A stretch of DNA of 64,000 bases from Alphaproteobacteria bacterium (GTDB lineage Bacteria > Pseudomonadota > Alphaproteobacteria > UBA7887): positions 992,001-1,056,000 of the forward strand of contig CBDCGL010000011.1 in assembly GCA_965216755.1 (NCBI GenBank), given 5' to 3'. The position numbers and the translations under genes are program-made. Below are positions 21,594 through 31,835 of this stretch, in pieces (positions within the stretch are counted from its first letter, which is position 1; the number at the start of each line of letters is the position of its first letter). The notes below the pieces were generated by a model. That model saw only the letters and a list, made by a program, of their open reading frames with translations. It searched no databases and was not told where the DNA came from.

Positions 21594-22619
21594 ATGAGCG
21601 AGCTTACCGCAAGCGGCGATTTCGGTCCGGATACAGAGTCGCGATCCTGGATTCGCCGCGCCATCGGCCGCGTCGGTTTCTTGCCAATCATCGTCATCCT
21701 GTTGATTGTTGTCATCAGCATTGCTGAACCGCGCTTCTTAAACCGCTTGAATCTGTTCAATGTGCTGCGGAATACGTCGTTCCTGATGATCGTCGCGTCC
21801 GGGCAGATGCTGGTGCTGATTGTCGGTGGCTTTGATCTTTCGGTCGGCGCTGTCGTGGCGCTGACTTCGACCGTGACGGCGTCTGTGATGGCGTCAATGA
21901 TGCAGACGACGCCGGAAGCTGTCGGATTGATTATTTTTGTCGGCGTCGTGGCCGGTCTTGGTGCCGGATTCTGCATTGGTCTTATCAATGGATTGTGCGT
22001 CGCGTTTCTCAAGGTGTCACCATTCATGGTGACCCTTGGCACGCTTTCGGTCGCGAGCGGCGTCGCGCTTTACCACACGACCGGCATTCCCGTTTACGGC
22101 ATGCCAAAGGAGTTCACCAAGGAATTCGGCCGCCTGTTCATCCTTGGTCTGCCGGCACAAGTCTATATCGCGCTGGCGCTCATTGTATTGATCTGGGCGA
22201 TGCAAAATTGGACCAAACTGGGCCGTTATATTTACGCCATCGGCGGCAATATCCAAGCGACCCGCGTATCGGGTGTGCCGACCAGTTTCTATTTGATCTT
22301 GGCGTATGTCATGTGCGGGACATTGGCAGCAGTGACCGGGGTACTGCTGACCGCAAAGCTCGGCTCCGGCCAAGCAACGATGGGGACCGATTTCATGCTG
22401 TCTTCGATCGCCGCTGCGGTGATCGGCGGCGTGTCGTTGCGTGGCGGTGTCGGCCGGGTTGAAATGGTTGCCCTCTCCGCTTTGTTTTTGACGATCATTA
22501 CCAACGGCATGAATCTGGTGCGCATTGACAGCAAAATTCAAACGGTTGTCTTGGGCGTCGTGCTGATCGTCGCGGTTGCGTTCGAACAATATGGAGAGCG
22601 GAGGCGACGCGGTGGTTGA
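21594..22619 (+). CDS. ABC transporter permease (RbsC family)
   Basis: GGFDLSVG, YAIGGN, AAVIGGVSLRGGVG. Confidence 0.92.
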   Translation: MSELTASGDFGPDTESRSWIRRAIGRVGFLPIIVILLIVVISIAEPRFLNRLNLFNVLRNTSFLMIVASGQMLVLIVGGFDLSVGAVVALTSTVTASVMASMMQTTPEAVGLIIFVGVVAGLGAGFCIGLINGLCVAFLKVSPFMVTLGTLSVASGVALYHTTGIPVYGMPKEFTKEFGRLFILGLPAQVYIALALIVLIWAMQNWTKLGRYIYAIGGNIQATRVSGVPTSFYLILAYVMCGTLAAVTGVLLTAKLGSGQATMGTDFMLSSIAAAVIGGVSLRGGVGRVEMVALSALFLTIITNGMNLVRIDSKIQTVVLGVVLIVAVAFEQYGERRRRGG

Positions 22620-23619
22620 CACAACGACGGACACCGGCGCCAACGCGCTGTCGCGGGCGATTAACTGGATTCTCGGATACGGCGTTCTTCCAATCCTGCT
22701 GGTTGTTCTATTTGTCGGCTTCGGATTGGTCGAACCGAACGTCTTGTCGATGGCAAACCTGGAGAATATCCTTATCCAGGCCAGCTATTTGACCGTGTTC
22801 GCGACCGCGCAAATGATGGTGCTGTTGACGCGTGGCTTCGATTTGGCGCTGGGCGTGACCGTGTCTTTGGTGAGCGTGGTCAGCGGGCTGGCCATGGTCG
22901 GCTGGCTTGCCGATGAAACCGGTTCGATTGGGTTCGCGATCTTTGTCGGCTGCATCTGCGGCGTGATTGCCGGCGCCCTTGTCGGATTGGTCAACGGCAC
23001 CTGCGTGGCGTGGTTGCGTGTCAATCCCTTCGTGGTGACGTTGGGAACCTGGAATATCGTGTTGGGCATTGCCTCGACCATCAGTGGCGGTTTTCCGGTC
23101 TTTGACATTCCCGCGGAATTTAACATTTGGTTCTACCGGGCATTTTGGTTTGGTCTGCCGTCTCCGGTGGTGATGACGATCGTTATCATGATCGTCACCT
23201 ATTTCGTTTTGAACCACACGGTGTTGGGGCGCAGTTTTTATATCATGGGCGGCAATCCGCGTGCCGCGCACATTGCCGGATTGCCGAGCCGAATTTATCT
23301 CACACTCGCCTATGTGCTCTGTTCAGTCTACGCGGCGGTCGGCGCGTTGATGCTCACCGCGCGGACCGGCTCCGGCGAACCCAACTTGGGCGGCAACCTA
23401 ACCCTTGAGTCCATTGCCGCAGCCGTGATTGGCGGGGTATCGCTGCGTGGCGGCGAAGGTACCGTTTTTTCGCCAATTGTCGGCGCCTTGTTCATCACCG
23501 TTTTGTCGAATGGCATGAACCTGCTGCGCGTCGACGGATACATTCAGCAGATCATCTTGGGTGCGGTTATTGTCGCCGCGATATTTGTCGATCGGCTGCG
23601 ACGGCAACGGTCCGATTGA
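22612..23619 (+). CDS. ABC transporter permease (RbsC family)
   Basis: GTG start with a GGAGG ribosome binding site; RGFDLALG, AAVIGGVSLRGGEG. Confidence 0.92.
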   Translation: MVDTTTDTGANALSRAINWILGYGVLPILLVVLFVGFGLVEPNVLSMANLENILIQASYLTVFATAQMMVLLTRGFDLALGVTVSLVSVVSGLAMVGWLADETGSIGFAIFVGCICGVIAGALVGLVNGTCVAWLRVNPFVVTLGTWNIVLGIASTISGGFPVFDIPAEFNIWFYRAFWFGLPSPVVMTIVIMIVTYFVLNHTVLGRSFYIMGGNPRAAHIAGLPSRIYLTLAYVLCSVYAAVGALMLTARTGSGEPNLGGNLTLESIAAAVIGGVSLRGGEGTVFSPIVGALFITVLSNGMNLLRVDGYIQQIILGAVIVAAIFVDRLRRQRSD

Positions 23620-23630
23620 TCGGTGCGAAT

Positions 23631-24386
23631 ATGAAACTGAAGGGTAAAACGGCCATCGTCACCGGCGGCAGTCAAGGAATCGGAGCCGCGATCGCCAAAC
23701 GCTATGGCCAAGAGGGCGCCCATGTGGCGATCGTCAATCATAGCCATGCGGATCGCGCCAAAGCTGTGGCAGAGTCGATCCGCGCCGACGGCGGCACGGC
23801 TGACGCGTTTGCGGCCGATATGACCAAACTTGATCAGATCGAAGCGATGGTCAGCGCGGTTACGGAACGTTGGGGCAGCGCCGATATTCTGGTCAACAAT
23901 GCGGGCTTGTTTCTGCCGACACCGCTGGACGATACGGACGAGGCGACGTGGGACCGGATGATGGACCTAAATCTCAAAGGACCGTTTTTTGCCGCAAAGG
24001 CGGTCGCCCCCGGAATGCGCGCCAAGGGCCGCGGCAAAATTATCAACGTTTCATCGATTGCCGGAACCGGCGGGTTTCCGAATTCAACCGCCTATTGCGT
24101 CACCAAAGGCGGGATCAACATGATGACCAAGGCCCTGTGCCTGGAACTTGCGGCGGACGGCATCAACGTCAACGCGCTGGCGCCAGGAAATGTTGCCACG
24201 GCAATGAATGAAAGCTTGCGTGCTGACGACGCCTATACGGAATCGATGCGACAGCGCACACCCTCCGGCGCGGCTTTTTTGGACACCGCCGACATGGTGG
24301 GATGCGCGGTGTTCCTGGCTTCGGACGATTCGAATCAGGTCCATGGACAAATCATCGGCGTCGACGGTGGATGGACCGCTTGGTGA
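23631..24386 (+). CDS. SDR family oxidoreductase
   Basis: TGGSQGIG, NNAG, YCVTK. Confidence 0.92.
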   Translation: MKLKGKTAIVTGGSQGIGAAIAKRYGQEGAHVAIVNHSHADRAKAVAESIRADGGTADAFAADMTKLDQIEAMVSAVTERWGSADILVNNAGLFLPTPLDDTDEATWDRMMDLNLKGPFFAAKAVAPGMRAKGRGKIINVSSIAGTGGFPNSTAYCVTKGGINMMTKALCLELAADGINVNALAPGNVATAMNESLRADDAYTESMRQRTPSGAAFLDTADMVGCAVFLASDDSNQVHGQIIGVDGGWTAW

Positions 24387-24405
24387 GTCACGCGTGAGAC
24401 GCGCC

Positions 24406-24870
24406 ATGTCGGAAGGCGACCTCACTGAATCCGTCCCACCACCACCGTTAGTTTATCTCGGTGCCATCCTGCTCGGACTAGGTATTGATCGCCTTTGGCC
24501 AGCGGCCTTTCTTCCGCCGGCAGTCCAATACGCCATAGGAACGACGGCCATTGTTCTAAGTATCGTTTTAGCCGCTATCATTCTCCACGCGTTCGTGCGG
24601 CACAAGACAAACCCTATTCATCATCGGCCAACGACCACGATCATCGATACCGGGCCGTTTCGCTATAGCCGCAACCCGATCTATGTGGGAATGACTCTGT
24701 TGCAAATTGGGATCGGGATTTTGGTCGACAGCGCGTGGATTTTGTTGATGGTAGTTCCGGCGGTCTGGATTATTCATCGTTTCGTGGTTTTGAAAGAAGA
24801 AGCTTTTCTTGAGCAACAATTTGGTGAGACATATTTAACCTACAAACAACGTGTCAATAGATGGCTATAG
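24406..24870 (+). CDS. Isoprenylcysteine carboxylmethyltransferase family membrane protein
   Basis: GPFRYSRNPIYVG...EEAFLEQQFGETYLTYKQRVNRWL. Confidence 0.88.
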   Translation: MSEGDLTESVPPPPLVYLGAILLGLGIDRLWPAAFLPPAVQYAIGTTAIVLSIVLAAIILHAFVRHKTNPIHHRPTTTIIDTGPFRYSRNPIYVGMTLLQIGIGILVDSAWILLMVVPAVWIIHRFVVLKEEAFLEQQFGETYLTYKQRVNRWL

Positions 24871-24889
24871 ATTTTCAATACACATAGCG

Positions 24890-25338
24890 TTAAATATCGA
24901 GAAACGGATTGAGCCAACGGGCAAATCGACCGGTTAGCGACACCGCGCCATCGGTGACAGCCAAACAGATGCAGTCTTCGCCCGGATCGGCGATCGGCCG
25001 ATGCGCGACCGACGCGTCAGCCACGGCAATGTCACCACGCACAAAGTGACCATGCTCGTCACGAAAACCACCCGCGATGACCAGCGTCAATTCCATTCCA
25101 GCGTGCGTATGAACCGGCATCGCCGCGCCATCGCCCGTGCAAAGTTGCTTTCGTCAAGGCTTTGGGGAGGCAGCGCCTCCAGCATGACACCGCCAAGCTC
25201 TTCGAATTGTGCCTCGTCGCGGCGACAGCGCGGGCAAAGCGCAAGGTGAGTCGCGAGAATAACACTAATCGGAGGTTCGTAGGTCGCGACCGCATAACCG
25301 ACCAATAGATCGTCACTCGGATGGTGTTCAGGCGTCAT
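24890..25338 (-). pseudogene. chrR: ChrR anti-sigma factor remnant
   Basis: Zinc anti-sigma N-terminus (HHPSDDLL..HLALCPRC) joined out of frame to the cupin C-terminus (PVHTHAGMELTLV..HRPIA..CICLAV); middle deleted. Confidence 0.85.
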
Positions 25339-25500
25339 TGCACCGTCTCCAGCGCGACACGCAGTTTGGATAGAGCAAGCGCAAGCGCGATGTGACCGTG
25401 CCAAGGGGAAGCGATACCTCCGCAGGGATCGCGCTGTGCGATTTGTGGCCGAAATAGGCCAATGGCGGAAGTTCCTTTTGCGCGTCTGACAGGTTCGCCG
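25328..25500 (-). pseudogene. ECF sigma factor (RpoE) region-4 remnant
   Basis: LSDAQKELPPLAYFGHKSHSAI...LPLGTVTSRLRL immediately upstream of chrR; region 2 missing. Confidence 0.7.
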
Positions 25501-25567
25501 CGGCGGCGCGCCGGGGCTGGCTGCCACCATGAATGCGGGCACGAGATGGACCGAGTGCGGACATTCT

Positions 25568-25980
25568 ATGAAAATTGCGGTTACCGGGGGTGGCATCTCC
25601 GGCCTCGGCGCCACGTGGCGGTTGCTTATTGGATGAACCGGCTGCAGTCACTACAGACAGCCGAGAATGTTTTCGTCACATTAAATCGGTTTCAAGAGCC
25701 AAAGGCCCGTCTGACTCACGTGACCTTCACCTATCACCATCCGCAATTCAATCGCCGCGCCCTTGCGGCGCAAGCGCAACTGCCGCTCATCCAAGGCGGC
25801 AACCGCGTATGGTTTTGTGGCAGCTACTGTGGCTACGGTTTCCACGAGGACGGCTTGCACTGCGGCCTTGCGGTTGCGGCGGCGCTGGGTCAGAACGCGC
25901 CCTGGGCCGTAGAGATCAATCAAATGAGCCGCGCATGGCAGATCGCGACCCCCACGATTCCGGCGCTTGCAGCTGAATAG
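25568..25980 (+). pseudogene. FAD-dependent oxidoreductase remnant (RSP1091/UfaD-like)
   Basis: MKIAVTGGGISGLGATW Rossmann start fused out of frame to C-terminal YWMNRLQ...WFCGSYCGYGFHEDGL. Confidence 0.8.
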
Positions 25981-25989
25981 CGACCAATA

Positions 25990-26801
25990 ATAGAGAAACG
26001 CGCCCAGCCCCTATCATGCCCTTATTTCGGCCGCGTTATGCACCGACAGCTGCTGCCGTTCCGACACCGGCTTTCATTTCGCGTCTTTTCGATCTTTGTC
26101 GATTTGGACGAATTGCCCGGGTTGGCGCGCCGACTCCTGTTCTTTTCGCACAATCACTGGAACCTGTTCAGCTTCCGCGATGACGACCATGGCCCCTGCG
26201 ACGGCACATCTCCGCAGCCTTGGATCGAAAATCAGCTCGCCCGTGCCGGAATCAATTCGGAAGGCGGCGCCATTTGCCTACTCTGTTTCCCCCGCATGCT
26301 CGGCTACCTGTTCAATCCGTTGACGATTTGGTTTTGCTATCACCGAAGTGGCGCTTTGGTGGCCATCTTATATGAAGTGCACAACACCTTCGGCGAGCGC
26401 CATGGTTACCTGATCCCCGTCGAGGTTAACCGGCCACACGACGACCGGATCGTCCAATCTTGCGATAAGGATTTCTACGTGTCGCCATTCAGCAAATGGA
26501 GGCAACCTACCGCTTCCGTCTCGCCGAACCGGATGCACGTTTGAGCGTGTAGATCCGTCAACGGACTCGGGAAGGTCAGCTGCTTGTCGCCATGCAAATA
26601 GGACGTCGTCGGACACTCAACGACCGCACTCTCTTATGGGCGCTTTTCGCATATCCATTGATGACGCTGAAAGTGACACTTGGGATTTATCGGCATGCCG
26701 CTAAACTCTGGCGGAAGGGTGCAAAATTCGTGTCGCGCCCACCCAAATCCGATGACGCCGTGACCATCGCGTCATCGCCTCTGGCCCGTGCCGCCGATTA
26801 A
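25990..26801 (+). pseudogene. DUF1365 protein remnant (RSP1090/UfaO-like)
   Basis: YFGRVMHR, PRMLGYLFNPL, YEVHNTFGERHGY, KDFYVSPF, followed by frameshifts and a stop. Confidence 0.8.
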
Positions 26802-26834
26802 GGTGCGGATGCCAAACTCGCAAGTGAGAATGCC

Positions 26835-28046
26835 ATGCACGCCGAACTCCAAGTCCAAGAACCTCGTAAACGCGCCGGGCTCGCCGAGACGCTTTTCCTC
26901 GCACTGGCAGCACGGGTCAAATATGGCCGGTTGGCGATCACACTGCCCAACGGCGATCAGCTCGAATTCGCGGGGTGTGCCCCTGGACCGCAGGCGTCCT
27001 TGCGGTTCCGACATCCGCGTGCATTTCGGCGGTTGTTGTTGGGTGGCACCCTCGCTTTCGCCGAAGCTTTTATGGACGGCGATTGCGATAGCCCAGACCT
27101 CGCGGCCCTCGTTGAACTCGTGATCAAGAATGAAAAGGCGCTGATGGTCGCCCTGGATGGCCATCGCTGGACCCGCATTCTTCAACGTTTCGGACATCTG
27201 TTGCGCCCGAACTCGCGGCGCGGCGCACGCCGCAACATTGCGCGACACTACGACCTCGGGAACAAGTTTTACGCGCTATGGCTTGATCCTTCGATGACCT
27301 ACTCGTCGGCGGTCTATGAAACACCCCAAGACTCGCTTCACGCCGCGCAAGAGAACAAGTATCGGCGTGTCGCGGAGCTTGCCGGCATTGGTCCCGACGA
27401 TCACGTCCTTGAGATCGGCTGCGGATGGGGCGGTTTTTGTGGCTGGGCTGTGCGCGAAATCGGCTGCCGGCTGACGGCCCTGACGATTTCTCCGGCGCAG
27501 CACGCCCATGCCGCTCGGCGGTTGCAGGATGAAGGAATTGCCGAGAAAGTCGACCTGCGACTGCAGGACTACCGTGACGTGCGCGGCCGTTTTGATCGGA
27601 TTGTGTCGATCGAAATGTTGGAGGCCGTGGGCGAGAAGTATTGGCCCCGTTTTTTCGGCACCCTGCGCGATCGCCTGGCGCCGGCTGGTCGTGCCGTCCT
27701 TCAAGTTATTGTCATCGGCGACGAGTATTTCGACGCCTATCGGAAAGATGTCGACTTCATTCAACGCTACATCTTTCCCGGTGGCCTTTTGCCGTCGCCC
27801 GGCCGACTGGGCGCCGAAGCGCGCCGCGCGGGATTGGACTGGCTCGATCGGCGCAGTTTTGGCCACGACTATGCGCGCACATTGGCCGCCTGGGGGCGCA
27901 CGTTTGAAGGCGCGCGGCAACAGGTCTTTGACTTGGGGTTTGACGAACGTTTCGTCCGCATGTGGCGCTACTACTTGGCTTATTGCGAAGCGGGCTTTAA
28001 GACCGGGCGTATCGACGTGCTGCACGCGGCATTCGCACGAAGTTAG
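26835..28046 (+). CDS. cfa: Cyclopropane-fatty-acyl-phospholipid synthase family SAM methyltransferase
   Basis: HYDLGN, MTYSSA, LEIGCGWG, SIEMLEAVG, YIFPGG, YLAYCEAGF; intact 403 aa. Confidence 0.9.
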   Translation: MHAELQVQEPRKRAGLAETLFLALAARVKYGRLAITLPNGDQLEFAGCAPGPQASLRFRHPRAFRRLLLGGTLAFAEAFMDGDCDSPDLAALVELVIKNEKALMVALDGHRWTRILQRFGHLLRPNSRRGARRNIARHYDLGNKFYALWLDPSMTYSSAVYETPQDSLHAAQENKYRRVAELAGIGPDDHVLEIGCGWGGFCGWAVREIGCRLTALTISPAQHAHAARRLQDEGIAEKVDLRLQDYRDVRGRFDRIVSIEMLEAVGEKYWPRFFGTLRDRLAPAGRAVLQVIVIGDEYFDAYRKDVDFIQRYIFPGGLLPSPGRLGAEARRAGLDWLDRRSFGHDYARTLAAWGRTFEGARQQVFDLGFDERFVRMWRYYLAYCEAGFKTGRIDVLHAAFARS

Positions 28047-28068
28047 GCGAACGCGTGTGGTCGAGCCT

Positions 28069-28330
28069 TGAACCGTCACGCGGGCTCGGCCGTGGGGTGC
28101 TCGTGGCCTACGCCCTGCCCGGTCTGCCGCTGGCCGCGGCGCATTTGCCGCTCTATGTGACCCTGCAGCGTTCCAAGCCGTCGATGTCGGACCGGGTTTC
28201 ATTCCGGTCGGTGTGGTCCTGCTCGCGGCCCGCCTGTGGGACGTCGTCTCGAAACACCTTGAAGCCGATACGTTCTGACCCTGATTGTACGGCGATCGCG
28301 CGCGCCAAAACGCCAAGATAGACCATGGCC
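28069..28330 (+). pseudogene. N-terminal remnant of an MFS/GPH transporter
   Basis: AYALPGLPLA..LPLYV, then in another frame VGVVLLAARLWDVV. Confidence 0.55.
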
Positions 28331-28442
28331 ACCGAACCCAACGGTGCTATCGGCGCACGATGGCGGCCTGCGTGCCCGCAAATCATCATTAGTTTGTTAC
28401 CCACGTCGCCCCGTATCGAATCGTCTTTCTCGTGTCGCTTCG

Positions 28443-28475
28443 AAAAAAAAGAAACCCAGCACTGGGCCGGGCTCC
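28443..28475 (-). terminator. Rho-independent terminator of the liv operon
   Basis: Minus strand GGAGCCCGGC-CCAGT-GCTGGGTTTC-TTTTTTTT. Confidence 0.75.
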
Positions 28476-28507
28476 TCTTCAGCATTCAAGAAAAAGGAAC
28501 GGGTCGG

Positions 28508-29641
28508 CTACATGTCCTCAACGTAGTCATAGCCGCCGTTGCTCCATTCATAAAACACGTAGCCAGGTGCCGTGACGTCGCCTTTTTCATCGAAACCAAT
28601 AGTCCCGAGCACGGTTTCAAACGAGCCGGCACGCAATGCTTCTGCAAGTGCCTCGACATCGGTACTTCCGGCGTCCTCGGCAGCTTGCGCAAAGGCTTGG
28701 ATCGCCGCATAGGTGTACAGCGTATAACCTTCCGGTGTGAAGCCTTGCGCCAAAAAACGCTCCACGACATCAGCCGCGGCCGGATCTTTCGCCGGGTCCG
28801 GGCTAAACGAGAACAGCGTCCCCTCACCGGCGGCGCCCGTAATCGACCAAAACTCCTCGGTCACCAGAGCATCGCCCGAGACCAGCGTGGCTTCCAGTCC
28901 TTGTTCACGGGCCTGACGGACGATTAGACCGGCTTCGGTGTGGTAACCACCAACATAGATGACATCGACTTGCTCGGCCTTCAGCTTGCTAACCAGTGCT
29001 GAGTAATCTTTCTCGCCGGCCGTATATGCTTCATAGATGGCTTCTTCAATCCCCAATTTGGCCAGCGATTTACGTGTCTCGTCAGCCAAGCCTTTGCCAT
29101 ACGCCGTTTTGTCATGGAGGATGGCGATACGTGCGCCAGAGTACCGGTCAGCCAGGAAAGCCCCAGCGATAGCGCCTTGTTGATCGTCGCGGCCGCATGT
29201 GCGGAAGACGTTGTCCAAGCCCTGTTCGGTCAGCGTTGGATTGGTCGAGGCTGGTGAGATCTGCAAAATGCCTTCTTCGTAATAAACCTCTGATGCTGGG
29301 ATGGAGGTGCTCGAACAGAAATGGCCAGCCATAAAGACAATGCCTTTGTTCGCCATCTGATTGGCCACCGCCACGGCTTGCTTGGCCTCACAGGCATCGT
29401 CACCCACTTCGAGCACGAGATCGGCGCCCAAAACGCCGCCGGCCGCGTTGATGTCTTGCACCGCCATTTCGGCGCCGCGGAGCATCTGCTCGCCAAAGAT
29501 CGCGTATTGACCTGTAATCGGGCCCGCGACGCCAATCTGAAGATCGTCGGCCATAGCCACGCCGCCAGCGCCGGCCATCAAGACAGAAGCCGCCGCCGCA
29601 AGGCCCGTTCGGCGGATATACCTGCATATCTTTTCGGTCAT
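28508..29641 (-). CDS. livK: Branched-chain amino acid ABC transporter substrate-binding protein
   Basis: GPITGQYA..G, DDACEAKQAVAVAN, GHFCSS, FRTCGRDDQQG. Confidence 0.9.
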   Translation of the reverse strand: MTEKICRYIRRTGLAAAASVLMAGAGGVAMADDLQIGVAGPITGQYAIFGEQMLRGAEMAVQDINAAGGVLGADLVLEVGDDACEAKQAVAVANQMANKGIVFMAGHFCSSTSIPASEVYYEEGILQISPASTNPTLTEQGLDNVFRTCGRDDQQGAIAGAFLADRYSGARIAILHDKTAYGKGLADETRKSLAKLGIEEAIYEAYTAGEKDYSALVSKLKAEQVDVIYVGGYHTEAGLIVRQAREQGLEATLVSGDALVTEEFWSITGAAGEGTLFSFSPDPAKDPAAADVVERFLAQGFTPEGYTLYTYAAIQAFAQAAEDAGSTDVEALAEALRAGSFETVLGTIGFDEKGDVTAPGYVFYEWSNGGYDYVEDM

Positions 29642-29763
29642 ATGATTAAAAGCTCCTCATTTCCCCAAGCGCGCTCCCCTCGATCATCCCGTCTGGCAGC
29701 GACCACAAGCATTCATATTGTAAGAGGCACGAAATCCACCAAGCGGTACTCCACTACCAAATC

Positions 29764-30105
29764 CTAGCCTCGTGCTCGAAAGCGCCAAAGGCCATGCCGC
29801 TCATATAACCAGGGATATTGGCGGACTGTCTCGGTGACATGCGCGATACGGTATGAAATCAGCGCCATCGTCATGATCACGGCGACGTCAAAAACATAGC
29901 CGATCGGCGACAGCAACGGACCATCGAACAACGCATATACGAGAAATCGGTCGGCCACACCCAAGCCGAGGGAAGCAAAAACAACTTGCCACACCGGTCG
30001 CCAGCGCTGCGCCAACGCATGGCCGGTCAAGACTCCGGCGCCGCCGATTATCACGACGGTCAGACACACGAATACGGCAACCGATGTGCCGGACAGTGCG
30101 TGCAT
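29764..30105 (-). CDS. Small liv-operon membrane protein (DUF6867-like)
   Basis: GHALAQRWRP, DRFLVYALF, QYPWLYER; lies between livF and livK. Confidence 0.7.
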   Translation of the reverse strand: MHALSGTSVAVFVCLTVVIIGGAGVLTGHALAQRWRPVWQVVFASLGLGVADRFLVYALFDGPLLSPIGYVFDVAVIMTMALISYRIAHVTETVRQYPWLYERHGLWRFRARG

Positions 30106-30273
30106 TGCGGTGCACTCGCGTTGGTGAAGTCCCTTTGCACTGGGAAGGATAGCGCGGATCCCTTTGCGCGGCTAGCAGATCCTTGCTTCATGAAATGCGG
30201 AGATTGACCATTAACATATTGTTTTTTATGGAATTGAACCCGCGTGTGCGCGTTCAGTTTGACGGCAGTCGAA

Positions 30274-30987
30274 CTATCTTCCGCCTTCCAAGTAAGCGGC
30301 CCGAACTTCACTATTGGACAGCAACTCCTCGCCCGTACCGCTCAACACGATACGACCATTGGCCATCACATAGCCACGATGAGCGAGCCGCAACGCGTGA
30401 TAGGCGTTCTGCTCCACCAAGAGGATGGTGACGCCTTGATCACGATTGATTGTGGCGATGACATCAAAGATCTGTTTGACGATCATCGGCGCCAACCCCA
30501 ACGACGGCTCGTCGAGCAACAGCAAACGAGGCCGGCTCATCAGCGCACGCGCGATCGCGAGCATTTGCTGTTCCCCGCCCGACATCGTCCCTCCGCGCTG
30601 AGCCTGCCTTTCGCGCAGGACGGGAAACAATGTGAATACCCGCTCTATGTCGTCGTCAAGATAGGCCGAGTCAGCTGTCACCGCGCCCATTTGAAGATTT
30701 TCGAGCACGGACATGCGCGGAAAAACGCGCCGCCCCTCTGGAGCTTGAGCGATGCCGCGCCGAATGATGCGAAATGTCGCCTCGTCTGTGATGTCTTGGC
30801 TGTCGAACATGATGCGGCCCTGCGCCGCCTTCGGATTGCCGCAAATCGACATCAACAGTGTCGACTTTCCCGCACCATTGGCGCCGATCAATGTCACAAT
30901 CTCGCCATCGCCAACTTCCAGCTCGACACCGCGCAAAGCCTGGATGGCACCATAGAAAACCTCCAAATCTTGTACATGCAGCATCAT
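30274..30987 (-). CDS. livF: Branched-chain amino acid ABC transporter ATPase
   Basis: GANGAGKS, SGGEQQMLA, DEPSLGLAP. Confidence 0.93.
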   Translation of the reverse strand: MMLHVQDLEVFYGAIQALRGVELEVGDGEIVTLIGANGAGKSTLLMSICGNPKAAQGRIMFDSQDITDEATFRIIRRGIAQAPEGRRVFPRMSVLENLQMGAVTADSAYLDDDIERVFTLFPVLRERQAQRGGTMSGGEQQMLAIARALMSRPRLLLLDEPSLGLAPMIVKQIFDVIATINRDQGVTILLVEQNAYHALRLAHRGYVMANGRIVLSGTGEELLSNSEVRAAYLEGGR

Positions 30988-31835
30988 CGCGGCCGCTCGT
31001 GGCTCACATCGCCAGACACCACCTGAGGTAGCTCTGCGTCTTCTTCTTCGCCAAGATAGGCGCGGATTACGGCCGGATCCTGCCTCACTTCGTCGGTCGT
31101 TCCAGAAGCGATCAGACGACCATAGTCGAGCACCACCACATGGTCCGAGATTTCCATGACAACGTTCATATCGTGCTCGATCAGCAATAGACCGATCTTG
31201 TGTTCGTCACGAATTTCCCGCAGCAAGGCGTTGAGTTCGGCCGACTCTTTTGGATTGAGGCCAGCGGCGGGCTCATCCAGACACAAAAGGACTGGTTCCG
31301 TACACATGGCGCGCGCGATTTCCAACCGCCTTTGGTCGCCATACGGCAATGCGCCGGCTGGATCATCAGCGCGGTCGGTCAAGTCGATGCGGTCCAGCCA
31401 ATAGCATGCCTTGTCAATCGCCGTGGCCTCGGCATGTCGGTAACGCGAAAGGCGCAGCAAACCGGCTATCGAAAAAGCCGAAGCCGACATCAAGGCATTG
31501 TGCTGGGCAACAATCAAGTTCTCCAGAACCGACATGGCTTCGAACAAGCGAATGTTCTGAAATGTTCGCGCGACCCCGATACGGGCGATACGAAAGCCAT
31601 CCATCTGTTCCAAAAAATGTGGCTGACGATCGCGCCCAACCAGGGTCAGTCGGCCAATCGTCGGGCTGTAGAAACCGGTCAGACAATTGAATACGGTCGT
31701 CTTCCCGGCGCCGTTAGGTCCGATGATTGCAGTGATTTTTTGGTCGGCGGCAACAAACGACAAATCGTCAATTGCAAGCAGGCCACCGAAGCGCATGGTC
31801 AAATGCTCGACGTTGAGAAGCGCGCCGTCGCTCAT
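30984..31835 (-). CDS. livG: Branched-chain amino acid ABC transporter ATPase
   Basis: [24 protein letters not shown]. Confidence 0.93.
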   Translation of the reverse strand: MSDGALLNVEHLTMRFGGLLAIDDLSFVAADQKITAIIGPNGAGKTTVFNCLTGFYSPTIGRLTLVGRDRQPHFLEQMDGFRIARIGVARTFQNIRLFEAMSVLENLIVAQHNALMSASAFSIAGLLRLSRYRHAEATAIDKACYWLDRIDLTDRADDPAGALPYGDQRRLEIARAMCTEPVLLCLDEPAAGLNPKESAELNALLREIRDEHKIGLLLIEHDMNVVMEISDHVVVLDYGRLIASGTTDEVRQDPAVIRAYLGEEEDAELPQVVSGDVSHERPR

